Positions 11,212-21,677 of a stretch of 57,720 nt of DNA are shown one piece after another (position 1 is the first letter of the stretch; each line of letters opens with the position of its first letter). A program made the position numbers and the translations under genes. The notes beneath the pieces were generated by a model, which searched no databases, was not told where the DNA came from, and saw only the letters and a program-made list of their open reading frames with translations. The stretch is from Verrucomicrobiales bacterium. GTDB taxonomy: Bacteria > Verrucomicrobiota > Verrucomicrobiia > Verrucomicrobiales > Akkermansiaceae. Where the stretch lies: positions 1 to 57,720 of the forward strand of contig JBFZFJ010000320.1 of the NCBI GenBank assembly GCA_041306405.1, read 5' to 3'.

Positions 11212-11435
11212 GGTCGTGGTCGAATGGGGCGCACGATCAGAGGGTGGCCGGCATTCAAGATCAAGCCCGAAGCGCGGGGAGGGGGATTCCGGCTTTCTGG
11301 ATCAACCGCATTCGATGCGAGCTGCCGGAAGAGCATGGGGAAAAGAGCCGGGATTGAGCACGGTTCCGCACTTGGGAAATTGAAAGAAGCGCCGCCGAGA
11401 TGGGTAGGCATTCAATTCGCCCCTCCTGTCCCCAA

Positions 11436-12854
11436 ATGAAACCACTGCTCAGCCTCTTTTTGTTTCTCGGTACTCTCGGAGCCTTGTCTGCCGCCGCGCC
11501 TCCCAACATCGTTATCATTTTCATCGATGACATGGGCTATGCCGACATCGGCCCCTTTGGCGCCACCCAACAGAAAACTCCCAACCTCGACCGGATGGCG
11601 AGCGAAGGCATGAAACTCACCTCGTTTTACGCGGCCCCGGTCTGCTCGGTTTCCCGCGCGCAGTTGCTCACCGGTTGCTACGGAGCGCGCATCGACGTGC
11701 CGGGCGTCTATGGCCCCGGCGGCGGCAAAGGCTTGAACCCAACGGAACACACCATCGCCGAGCGACTCAAGGAGCGCGGCTACGCGACCATGTGCATCGG
11801 CAAGTGGCACGTCGGCGACCAACCGGAGTTCCTGCCAACCCGGCAAGGCTTCGACCACTACTTCGGCATTCCTTATTCCAACGACATGCAGGTCAAATCC
11901 ACCGACACCGGCAATCGCGTGGTTCCCCTGCTGCGGGATGACAAAGTCTTGGAATTGCTCACCGACGAACAGCAAAGCCGCATTGTCGAGCGTTATACCG
12001 ATGAAGCCGTTCAGTTCATCACCGCAAACAAGGACAAGCCGTTCTTGCTCTATCTTCCGCACACCGCCATCCACACCCCGATCTATCCGGGGGAGGCCTT
12101 CCGCGGCAAATCCTCCAACGGACGCGTCGGCGACTGGATCAAGGAGGTTGACTGGAGCACCGGCCGCGTGCTCGACACCCTGCGCGAGCTCAAACTCTCG
12201 GAAAACACCCTCGTCGTCTTCACCAGCGACAACGGCCCGTGGCTGATCAAAGAAGCTGATAGCGGCAGCGCCGGCCCGCTGCGTGGCGGCAAGGGCAGCA
12301 CTTGGGAAGGCGGCGTGCGCGTGCCGACCATCGCCTGGTGGCCGGGAAAAATCGCGCCTAACACCAGCGTTGACGCCGTCGCGGGTACCATCGATCTCCT
12401 GCCCACCGCGGTCGCGCTCGCCGGCGGCACCGTCCCGGATCAACCCGTGATCGACGGCCGGGACATCTCGCCGCTGCTTTTTGGCAAAACCAAAACCTCC
12501 CCACGGGACGGGCATTATTACTTTTCAGGATACCAGCTCCAGGCCGTCCGTCAGGGACCGTGGAAGCTCGCCCTTGTCCCGCAAAACGAGACCATGGGCC
12601 GGGCCGTCAAGCCCGACGCCGACACCAAGACGCCCCGCCTCTACAACCTCGATGCGGAAATCGGCGAGCAAACCAACGTGGCCGCCTCAAATCCCGAAAT
12701 CGTCGGCAAGTTGACGACCCTCGCGGAAAAAATGAGCGCTGAGATCGGCGGTTCCGCGCCCCCCGCCCGGCGTCCGGCCGGCCAGGTGGAAAATCCGAAA
12801 ATCCTCTATCCCGCCGAGCCCCGGAAGCCCGGCGCAAAGGGGAAAAAGAAGTAG
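11436..12854 (+). CDS. Arylsulfatase A-like sulfatase, secreted
   Basis: Signal peptide, PNIVIIFIDDMGY, CSVSR formylglycine motif, GKWH, FTSDNGP. Confidence 0.92.
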   Translation: MKPLLSLFLFLGTLGALSAAAPPNIVIIFIDDMGYADIGPFGATQQKTPNLDRMASEGMKLTSFYAAPVCSVSRAQLLTGCYGARIDVPGVYGPGGGKGLNPTEHTIAERLKERGYATMCIGKWHVGDQPEFLPTRQGFDHYFGIPYSNDMQVKSTDTGNRVVPLLRDDKVLELLTDEQQSRIVERYTDEAVQFITANKDKPFLLYLPHTAIHTPIYPGEAFRGKSSNGRVGDWIKEVDWSTGRVLDTLRELKLSENTLVVFTSDNGPWLIKEADSGSAGPLRGGKGSTWEGGVRVPTIAWWPGKIAPNTSVDAVAGTIDLLPTAVALAGGTVPDQPVIDGRDISPLLFGKTKTSPRDGHYYFSGYQLQAVRQGPWKLALVPQNETMGRAVKPDADTKTPRLYNLDAEIGEQTNVAASNPEIVGKLTTLAEKMSAEIGGSAPPARRPAGQVENPKILYPAEPRKPGAKGKKK

Positions 12855-12867
12855 GCGCAGCGGGCTG

Positions 12868-14262
12868 TCACCCCTTCTTGCGCCCTTTATACCACTTCCT
12901 GAAATCGCCGCCGTGGGAATCCGGAAGGGTCCGCTGGCCTAACCAATCCTGGAGCGGTTTGATCGGCGCGACCTGGATGGGCAGGTGGTTCATCGCCTTG
13001 GACATGGTCATCGCGGTGCGCCAGAGCGAGGGCGAGGTGGCGAGGGTGGCGAAGGGCGACATCGGAATGGCGGCGGGCGAGTGGATGTGCTCGCGGTGCG
13101 CCTTGTCGCGCAGCCGCAGCAGCAGGTCCGGGATCGGGATGTCCACGGGGCAGACTTCGTTGCACGCTCCGCAGAGCGAGGAGGCTTTGGGAAGATCCGC
13201 GAGCTCGGGGAAGCGGCTGCCGAAAAGGATGGGTGACAGAACCGCGCCGACAGGACCGCCGTAGGTGGAGCGGTAGGCGTGGCCGGACGCTTGCCGATAG
13301 ACCGGGCAGACGTTCTGGCAGGCACCGCAGCGGATGCAGCGGAGGATTTCCTTGCAGTTCGAGGCGAGCACGTCGGTGCGGCCGTTGTCCATGAAGACGA
13401 CGTGCATGTGCTCGGGGCCGTCCGGCTGGTTGGCGGATTTCGGGCCGTTGATGAACTCGGTGTAAACGGTGAGCTGTTGGCCGGTGGCGGAGCGGCCTAG
13501 CAGGTTGAGGAAAACCGCGAGGTCCTTTTCCTGCGGGATGATTTTCTCGATGCCGATGAGCGCGATGTGCACGCCCACGGGGGCCATCCCGAAGCGGGAG
13601 TTGCCTTCGTTGGTGACGAGGGCGACGCGGCCGGTGTCGGCACAGACGAAGTTGCCGCCAGTAATGCCGGCCTGCGCCTGCATGTATTTCTCCCGCAGAT
13701 AGACGCGGGCGCGGCGGGTGATCGTTTCCGGATCGTCGTTGTAATCGGCGGCGATGCCCTCGCGCTGGAAAGTCTCGGCGATTTCCCGGCGGTTTTTGTG
13801 GATGATCGGTTTGACGATGTGCGAGGGTTCGTCGTTATCGAGCTGGATGATGAACTCGCCGAGGTCGGACTCGAGGCACTCGACGCCGTTTTCGATCAAA
13901 AACGGGTTGAGGTGGATTTCCTCGGCCGCCATCGACTTGGACTTGGTGAGCTGGGTGACGCCGTGGCCTCGCAGGATGGATAGGATCGTCTGGCGCGCAT
14001 CCTCGTCGGTGGAGGCAAAGTGGACGTTCACGCCGCGGGAGACCAGCGCTTGCTCGGCTGTCGCCAAATACTCGCCGAGGTGGTGAAGCGTGTGGTCCTT
14101 GATGGAGGCGGCGAGCTTGCGGATCGCGTCGGGATCCGGATAGTCCTTGTGGAGCACCTGATAGCGCTTCTCGGTGCCGGCGGCGGATCCGTTGATGACG
14201 GATTGCTGTTTCTCGTCAGTGATGTTCCGGGCGTATTCGTCGATGAGTTGGTTGCCGATCAT
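12868..14262 (-). CDS. lutB: Lactate utilisation Fe-S protein B
   Basis: Start MIGNQLIDEY; KSKSMAAEE, ESDLGEFIIQL, CIRCGACQNVCPVY, SSLCGACNEVCPV. Confidence 0.92.
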   Translation of the reverse strand: MIGNQLIDEYARNITDEKQQSVINGSAAGTEKRYQVLHKDYPDPDAIRKLAASIKDHTLHHLGEYLATAEQALVSRGVNVHFASTDEDARQTILSILRGHGVTQLTKSKSMAAEEIHLNPFLIENGVECLESDLGEFIIQLDNDEPSHIVKPIIHKNRREIAETFQREGIAADYNDDPETITRRARVYLREKYMQAQAGITGGNFVCADTGRVALVTNEGNSRFGMAPVGVHIALIGIEKIIPQEKDLAVFLNLLGRSATGQQLTVYTEFINGPKSANQPDGPEHMHVVFMDNGRTDVLASNCKEILRCIRCGACQNVCPVYRQASGHAYRSTYGGPVGAVLSPILFGSRFPELADLPKASSLCGACNEVCPVDIPIPDLLLRLRDKAHREHIHSPAAIPMSPFATLATSPSLWRTAMTMSKAMNHLPIQVAPIKPLQDWLGQRTLPDSHGGDFRKWYKGRKKG

Positions 14263-15011
14263 GGGAGTGTGTCGCGGAGGACTTGGATGGCGTGGAGGTG
14301 TTTGACGGGGCGGCCCTGGGTCTGGGCGAGGCCGCTGAGGTGCATGAGGCAGGACATGTCGATGCCGACGAGCAGGTCCGGCTGGATGTCGAGGATCCTG
14401 TCGAGCTTGAGGGTGCCCATTTTTCCGGAAATGTGCGGGAAGGTGACGGAAAAGGTGCCGCCGAAACCGCAGCACTGCTCGGCCTCGCCGAAGGGGACGA
14501 CCTCCGCGTTTTCGATGGAGGCAAGCAGGGTGCGGACGGCCTCGCCGGTGCCGGTGCCGCGGGCGTGGCAGGAGCGGTGGAATGCGAGACGAGTGGGTTT
14601 GCCGAATTTTCCAGGCCAGGTTTTGATGCCCAGGCCGTTGTAAATGAAGTCCATGACTTCCCAGGTGCGCTTGGCGAGGGAGGTGATGGCGGGGTCCGGA
14701 TTCTCCTCGAATTGGAGGAGGTTGCCGTGGAAGTTCATCGCCGCGCAGGAGCCGGACGGGACGATGACGGGCAGCTCGCCGGCGAAAACGCTGGCGGTGT
14801 GGCGGGCGACTTTGCGCGAGGCGGTCCAGTCGCCGGAGTTGAAGGCCGGCTGGCCGCAGCAGGTTTGGTTGTCGGGAAATTCGACAGTCAAGCCAAGGTG
14901 CTCGAGGACTTCGACGGTCGCCTTGGCGGTGTCGTCGTAGAAGGCGTCGCAAAGGCAGGTGCCCATGAGGAGCACGCGTTTGTTGAGAGGGCGGGCGATC
15001 GGATTGGCCAT
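14259..15011 (-). CDS. lutA: Lactate utilisation protein A (CCG-domain Fe-S)
   Basis: QTCCGQPAFNSG, SGSCAAM, CCGFGGTFSV, DMSCLMHL. Confidence 0.92.
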   Translation of the reverse strand: MANPIARPLNKRVLLMGTCLCDAFYDDTAKATVEVLEHLGLTVEFPDNQTCCGQPAFNSGDWTASRKVARHTASVFAGELPVIVPSGSCAAMNFHGNLLQFEENPDPAITSLAKRTWEVMDFIYNGLGIKTWPGKFGKPTRLAFHRSCHARGTGTGEAVRTLLASIENAEVVPFGEAEQCCGFGGTFSVTFPHISGKMGTLKLDRILDIQPDLLVGIDMSCLMHLSGLAQTQGRPVKHLHAIQVLRDTLP

Positions 15012-15024
15012 GGAGAAATTGTTT

Positions 15025-18000
15025 TCAGCAGGCTAGGGATTGGCAGCGCTGCTGCAACCCGGAAAACGGGATTGTTGCCTGCCAGTGCCCAGGAGCCGCG
15101 TAGTGCCCGGTTTTTTGGGGGGTTTCAAAGAAACGGAAGAAACGGGGATGTTTCGAGGGGTGCCACCAAGATAGGGCGATCCATCCGGTGGATTTGCCGT
15201 TCATCCGAACTTCATTGAGTGAACGGAGGTATTCCCAGTATTGGGCATCCGCCACGGCATTGGTGTGTTTGTTGGTCGGTTTTTCGGTCGGCAGGGATGC
15301 GGTGATGGTCCAGTCATTCGCAACCGGATCGTATTCGGCGATGGTCGATGGATGGATCACCATGAGCCGCTTGCCATGCGGGGTGATCGAGATGGGAGCG
15401 CGGTTCTGCGCGTCGAAGGGCGTGAGCTCCGGACGGCGGCCCATCAGGGTTAGCGGTTTGACCGAGAGATCCGGAAACACCTGGAAGATTGCGAGATCAT
15501 CCGACCGGATGCCCTTGATGGCGCCGCCGGTCCATTCGCCCGCCTCGTCGAGGAAGAAGTGATCCCCCACGGCGGCCACGCCGTTGTTTCGGTCCCACAT
15601 GTCCAACGAGGCATCGCCCTCGCCTTCAGAGATTTCGGGATTCCGTGGAATCGGATGTGCTTTGCCGGATTTCTTGTCGATGATCAACGATCCCATTTTG
15701 TTGCCGGAATAGTTTTGATCATGCCAGCCGACGCTGGTGAGGATGCTGTCCTTGGTTTGATCCAGAGCCATCCGCCATACGTCGCATTTGCGGTTGGAGA
15801 TATCGATTCCGTAGGCCTCCCCGACCGCGCTGTGGAGGTTGATTTTGTGAACCAATGAGCCATTTCGGCAGTCGATACACAAAAGCCACGGGGCCGTGTA
15901 GAGGATGCGTTTGTCATACACGGGTCCCCAATTCAGGGCACCAGCGCCGCCGCCCTGGTTTACGCAGATGGCGTCGCGATCCGACGGGAAATGAAAGACC
16001 CAGAGAAGATTCGGATCCGTCTTGTCCACCAGCGGCCAGATGATGGTGCCGGGTGCTCCGGTCGTGCGCAGGTCGGACAGTAAGGTGGGATGCAGGGGTG
16101 CTTGCGGTGATGGTTTTGGTTGTGCCGTGGGTTTTTTCCCGGGCTTGTCCTGTTTTTGCATGTTCTTTCCCGCGCCAAAGACCAGGGAGTGAAGGAGCTT
16201 GGCCTCGGGTTTTGACATGGTTCCCGGTGGGCCTCTTGCAGCGAAGATCCGGATTTCGATGGGCGGCCATTGGAAGGCTTCTCCTTGGATTTGTTCGACT
16301 TCAGACGGGCAAGTTCCCACGGATCATAAGCTCCGATGTTGGCGCGGAAGGTGTCGTAGTTGACCTCGGACTTGAGTTTCCCCCAAGCCTCGCGCTGGTT
16401 GATGATTTGGAAGATCTTGTGATAGGTGCTGAACCGGATGGCTAGATCGGGTGCGGATTGAGATGAGAACAGGACAGAGGGGATCAGGCTGCCATTGTGC
16501 TCAAGCGAACTGATGTGCGACTGCCAGTCAAACAACCGCGAGATCGAGCCATCCTCCAACACGCTCCGGCTTGCAAGAAAATCACCGCTTTGCAAGTTCC
16601 CTGCATGTGGTCATCCACTGGAATTGCCGGTTGTCATTGTCCGACAAGCGCAGGAGCAATGCGGGTGATGCGCCGGTGGTGACCATGTCCACCAGTCCAT
16701 CTGCCAGGGCGGAGTTACGTTGGATCAGGCGGAAGTCGGCGATTTGCAGGTAGTATCGGTAGAAATCCGGTTCGGGCAGGGTTTTCAGCAGCGAGAAATA
16801 GCGTTTGGTGAGTTCGTCGAGTTCATTGGAGAAGCTTGTGAATTCCGGCCGGAGATGATCCGGGATATGGGCCGGGATATGATGATCCAGGCGCGGATCG
16901 AGGAGAGTCCCTGAATGGCATACCAGATCTCATTGCTCAGGTAGGAGCTATAGACTTGCCAGAGGTCCGTGCCGCCATCCAATCCATCGCGTCCCATGTG
17001 CTCCAGATACCAGGATGTCTGGTGAAGGAGTTCGCGCGCGAGGGGAAGAAGGTGCGCGAGTTGATCGGAGCGCTCGAGGGAAGGGCGCTGGTAGCCGAAG
17101 AGATCCGCAAGGTGTTGGAGCGCTGCGGTGTGTTTGTCGTCCCTGCCGCCGAGGGCATACGAGTTCTTCGGAAACAAGAACAGGAAATGGCGGAAGCGCG
17201 CGTCCAGATCAAGCAGGATGGTGTCTTGCTCCGGCACACCCAGCGCGAGGGCGGATTCGATCATGGGCAGATAACTCGACGGGGCGGCATGGATGGCATG
17301 GAGCCAATCCACCTCGCGCATCAGCCGCCGGCCCTCGCTGAGTGCGCGGCTGCGATCCGCAGATGGATCGGTAGAGCCTGCGATTTTACACATCATGTGC
17401 GCCACTGCTGTTGCGTTTCCGCATTATATCGAATGAATTTTTGGTTGCTGGATTCAAATTGGCTATTCGCGAAAAAACATGACGCACGAAGTCTTTTTTT
17501 GCGCCTCGCAATCACCCAATGGGCCGCGTCCCCCGGCGCCGGTTATGCTAAAGATCGCCGCCTTGCTCAGGTCCGTCGCTTCCTCGCGGCTGATTCTGCG
17601 GTTGAGAACCAAGTATTCACAGTGATGGAGTGAACGTTTCCAATTGATGTTAGTTTGTTCCGATGCTGCCAACCACAGTGGATTGTTGGCATCCGCTTTT
17701 GCGCCCTTCGGCCAGGCACTGGGTTCATACGGTCTGAAATTATACCGGATGTATTGCTCCGCAGTGGTGATGCTTTGGTCTTGCAGGGTCACACCCAAGT
17801 GCGTGTCACAGACTACCAAGCGGGCGCGGTTGTCTGCGATGCTCATCAGCACAAGGAAATCCGCTCCAGCGATTTCTCCGAAGTGGCTGCGCTTCTTGCG
17901 ATCTCCGAGTAATTCTTTGAGTTCAACTTCATCGAGGGCTTTTCCTAGGACATCTCTCTCGACGAGTGAGATCTTAGGGTTGTTGCTCAGTCGTGCCATG

Positions 18001-18055
18001 AGAAGGTCGCCCCACCCGGATTTATCCGAGCTGAGGATGGCAATGGGATGGTGGA
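15025..18055 (-). pseudogene. Shattered large hypothetical gene; N-terminal piece resembles a CsgG-like domain
   Basis: Consecutive protein-like minus-strand pieces in shifting frames (17463-18055, 16785-17405, ~16590-16750, 15960-16595, 15025-16320); ISLVERDVLGKALDEVEL...GEIAGADFLVL motif. Confidence 0.5.
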
Positions 18056-18069
18056 ACTGGAAAAGAAAT

Positions 18070-18405
18070 TTGGAACCAATTACAAGGGCACCATTGATGA
18101 TTATGAAACCGGCTATCGTGCCCTGATCGAACGCTCGCAAAAGGAAAATTCCCGGCGTGCGGATCGTCATTTGCGAACCCTTCACCACCCGCACCTCCGA
18201 CGATTTCAAGCCTCTCGCCAAATACGCGGCGGTTTCCAAAAAACTGGCCGACGAGATGAAACTCGACTTCGTGCCATTCCAGTCGATGTTTGACGAGGCC
18301 GTGAAAGCAGCGCCCGCCGATTTCTGGCTCTGGGACGGCGTTCATCCGTCACCCGCCGGTCACGCCATCATGGTCCGCAAGTGGCGCGAGGTGGTGGGAA
18401 TCTGA
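18070..18405 (+). pseudogene. C-terminal remnant of an SGNH/GDSL hydrolase
   Basis: YKGTIDDYETGYRALIE, frameshift at ~18146, then PGVRIVICEPF...WDGVHPSPAGH; N-terminal GDS block absent. Confidence 0.75.
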
Positions 18406-18448
18406 ATAGGGCATCAACCCGCCAAAGCGCTGCCAACCCAGTAATCCC

Positions 18449-19394
18449 ATGATTGGAACATCATGCAAAATAACCATGGCAGCCACCGCGTTCGCTGTTG
18501 TGATCACCGCATTTGCTCCCGTCAACGCGCATGCCGGACCCGCGACCGCTGGAGAAATCACCCGCGAGCAGCGCATCCAGTGGTGGCGCGAGGCGCGCTT
18601 CGGCATGTTCATCCACTGGGGGCTCTATGCGATTCCCGGCGGCCAAAAAATACCGGCCGGACGTGTTGTGGTTCGATGGCATCGACATGAAAAGCGACGC
18701 ACAGGCGCTCGATCTCTATCAGACGATCCGCACGCTGCGCCCGGAATGCGTCATCAACAGCCGCATCAAAGGCTGTGTCCCGCCGAAGAAGATCCCGCCA
18801 CCGCTCTGCGACTATCTTTCCAGCGGCGACAACGAGATCCTCACAGGCAACATCGGCTTCGAGTGGGAAAACCCCGGCTCGATGAACACCAGCTACGGAT
18901 ACAATCCCAACGACCCAAAGTGGCACTCCGCCGAGGAAATCGTATCAAAACTCGTCCAGATCGTCAGCAAGGGCGGCAACTACCTGCTCAACGTCGGCCC
19001 CACGCCGGAAGGAACCATCCCCCAACCCTGCATCGACCGTCTGGCGGAAGTCGGCCGGTGGATGGACCACAATGGCGAGGCCATCTACGGCAGCTCGGCC
19101 TGGCATGTGGCCGACGAGAAGGACGAGACCTCGGGACGCGTCATCCGCTTCACCGCCAAGGGCGATGCCGTTCATGTCTTCTGCCCCGTGAACGGAAGGG
19201 CAGGGGAACTCACCATCAAGGCGCTCGGCGCTGAGCAACTTGCCGGACGGCAGATCGCGTCCGTGACCATGCTGGGATCGGAAGAAAAAGTCCAATGGAC
19301 ACAGGAACCGGCCGGACTCAAACTCACCGTGCCGGCCGGTGCCCCCGGCGGCTTTGTCTCTACCTTCCGCGTCCAACTGCGTCCGCAACCTTAA
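18449..19394 (+). pseudogene. Alpha-L-fucosidase (GH29) with internal deletion and frameshift
   Basis: [19 protein letters not shown] joins at ~18645, out of frame, to [11 protein letters not shown]...[10 protein letters not shown]...NGEAIYG; the intervening barrel segment is missing. Confidence 0.85.
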
Positions 19395-19874
19395 CAAATC
19401 AGCGATGGTTGCGACGGTCAGACGAATTCCCTTTTCCTCTTTAACATGAATCGAAAATCCATCCCTGCGACCGTCGCCCTATTGTTTTTATGGGTCGCCT
19501 CCGTTCTCTGCCTGCGGACACCGGATCATCCTGCCAGCAACGCCGATGCCGGACAAATCGCGACGCGAACCACCAAGGACTCAAACCCAGGGCCAGAACC
19601 TGCTGGCGGCTGAATCCGAAACACAGCGGCTTGCAAGGCTTTCGCCGCCATCATGGCGACCGCCCGAGGTGTTTTCAAAAACCGGGCAACCGCCACCGCC
19701 ACCGGGCTCAAAGTGCTCACCGGCGGCAACAGCTCTAGCAATGTCGAAGCCGTCAGCGTCCCGTTGCCCGAAGGACGCCGTCGCGTGGAGCGGTCCTGAA
19801 AATGACAATCCGGTGAAAGAGCACCCCGACGATCCGCGTTGTTTAGAACCGGTTCCAGAAAGCCACAGTCCACC

Positions 19875-21422
19875 ATGATCCGCATGCGCCCGCTATCCAT
19901 CCTGCTTCTCAGCCTGCTCTCCAGCCAGGCGGCGGATCGGCCTAACATTCTTTTCATCTTTTCCGACGACCACGCGCTGCAGGCGATTTCCGCCTACGGC
20001 GGCCGCTTCAAGGAGATCGCCCCCACGCCCAACATCGACCGCCTCGGCAAACAGGGCGCGGTCTTCGAGCGCTCGTATTGCGCCAACTCGATCTGCGGCC
20101 CATCCCGCGCCTGCATCCTCACCGGCAAGCACTCGCACATCAACGGCTTCATCGATAACGACAACTCGAAGTTCAACGGCGCGCAGCCGACGTTCCCGAA
20201 ATACCTCCAACAGGCGGGCTATCAGACCGCGATCATCGGCAAGTGGCATCTTGTTAGCGATCCCGCCGGCTTCGATTACTGGGAAGTGCTCCCCGGGCAG
20301 GGAAGTTACTACAACCCGGACTTCATCCAGATGGATGGCACCACCAAACGCGTCGAGGGCTACGTCTCCGACATCATCACCGACAAGTCGCTCGATTGGC
20401 TCAAGAACCGCAAGGACAAGGACAAGCCTTTCGTGCTGATGAGCCAGCAAAAGGCTCCCCACCGCAACTGGGTGCCTGCGGAACGCCATTACAAATTGTT
20501 CGATGGCGTGAATCTCCCCGAGCCGGAAACCCTCTTCGACGACTACGCGAACCGCAGCGAGGTGCTGAAAAAACAGGCAATGAGTCTGGCCAAGGACTTC
20601 TGGTGGGGACACGACCTGCTGCTGCCTGGCAAATCCACCGACCCGCGGTTTCTCAATGGCATTGTCAACGGCGAGTTCAAGCGCATGAACTCCACCCAGA
20701 AAGCCGCTTTTGATCAGGCTTACGGCGCGGAAAACCAGAAGCTCATCGACGACCTCGCCGCCGGCAAACTCAGCGACCAAGACGTGACCCGCTGGAAATA
20801 CCAGCGCTACCTCAAGAACTACCTCCGCTGCGTCCGCGCCGTGGACGAGAACGTCGGCCGCCTGCTGGATTATCTCGACGAGTCCGGCCTTGCGAAGAAC
20901 ACCATCGTCATCTACTCCTCGGACCAGGGTTTTTACCTCGGCGAGCACGGATGGTATGACAAGCGCTGGATGTTCGAGGAATCGCTCGCCATGCCCTTCC
21001 TGATCCGCTGGCCCGGCGTCGTCAAACCCGGCGTCCGCTCCAAGTCGCTCATTCAGAACATCGACTACGCGCCCACCTTCCTCGAAGCCGCCGGCGTGGA
21101 AATCCCGGACGACATCCAGGGCCGCAGCCTCGTTCCCGTGCTCAAGAACGCGGGGGTCGCCCCGGCCGACTGGCGCAAGGCGATCTATTACTTCTACTCC
21201 GGCGAGGCGACCCACCACGTCGCCGCGCACGACGGCGTCCGCTCCGACCGTTACAAATTGTTCCATCTGGCCAAGACTGGCGAGTGGCAGCTCTTCGATC
21301 TCGAGAAGGACCCTCAGGAAATGAAAAGCGTGCACGACGATCCCGGCTACGCTCCGGTTCTCGCGGAGATGAAGAAACTCCATCAGGAACTGCGCGCTCA
21401 ATACAAGGTTCCTAGCGAATGA
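19875..21422 (+). CDS. Sulfatase (N-acetylglucosamine-6-sulfatase / mucin-desulfating-like)
   Basis: PNILFIFSDDH, CGPSR, GKWH, SSDQGFYLGEHGWYDKRWMFEES. Confidence 0.92.
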   Translation: MIRMRPLSILLLSLLSSQAADRPNILFIFSDDHALQAISAYGGRFKEIAPTPNIDRLGKQGAVFERSYCANSICGPSRACILTGKHSHINGFIDNDNSKFNGAQPTFPKYLQQAGYQTAIIGKWHLVSDPAGFDYWEVLPGQGSYYNPDFIQMDGTTKRVEGYVSDIITDKSLDWLKNRKDKDKPFVLMSQQKAPHRNWVPAERHYKLFDGVNLPEPETLFDDYANRSEVLKKQAMSLAKDFWWGHDLLLPGKSTDPRFLNGIVNGEFKRMNSTQKAAFDQAYGAENQKLIDDLAAGKLSDQDVTRWKYQRYLKNYLRCVRAVDENVGRLLDYLDESGLAKNTIVIYSSDQGFYLGEHGWYDKRWMFEESLAMPFLIRWPGVVKPGVRSKSLIQNIDYAPTFLEAAGVEIPDDIQGRSLVPVLKNAGVAPADWRKAIYYFYSGEATHHVAAHDGVRSDRYKLFHLAKTGEWQLFDLEKDPQEMKSVHDDPGYAPVLAEMKKLHQELRAQYKVPSE

Positions 21423-21499
21423 TGGATTCGCGTGCCGCCTGACATGGGGATGGAAAACCGTTAGGAATGCGGGCGCGGGCGCGGCAGGTGTTTCCGCGT

Positions 21500-21670
21500 G
21501 CCGCCCGCGATCTCCGCGAGGCTTTGCTCGCCCATGACGAGATAGGTCGTGTTGCCGGGCACACAGATGTCGGCATACCAGGCATCCTCACGCTGTCGGC
21601 ACCCAGGGGATGAGGCCGTTGTCGTGGAGATCGCGTTCGCGCCAATACCATTCGTGGAAGCGTTCCAGCG
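21500..21670 (-). pseudogene. Possible remnant of an MGH1/GH63-like glycoside hydrolase
   Basis: Minus-strand pieces LERFHEWYWRERDLHDNGLI and WYADICVPGNTTYLVMGEQSLAEIA; family recalled from motif only. Confidence 0.3.
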
Positions 21671-21677
21671 ATGAAAT

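Noticed and set aside
11212-11435. SAM riboswitch upstream of metY
   Set aside because: No recognisable SAM-I or SAM-II consensus seen by eye; an Infernal/Rfam scan would be needed to exclude it formally.
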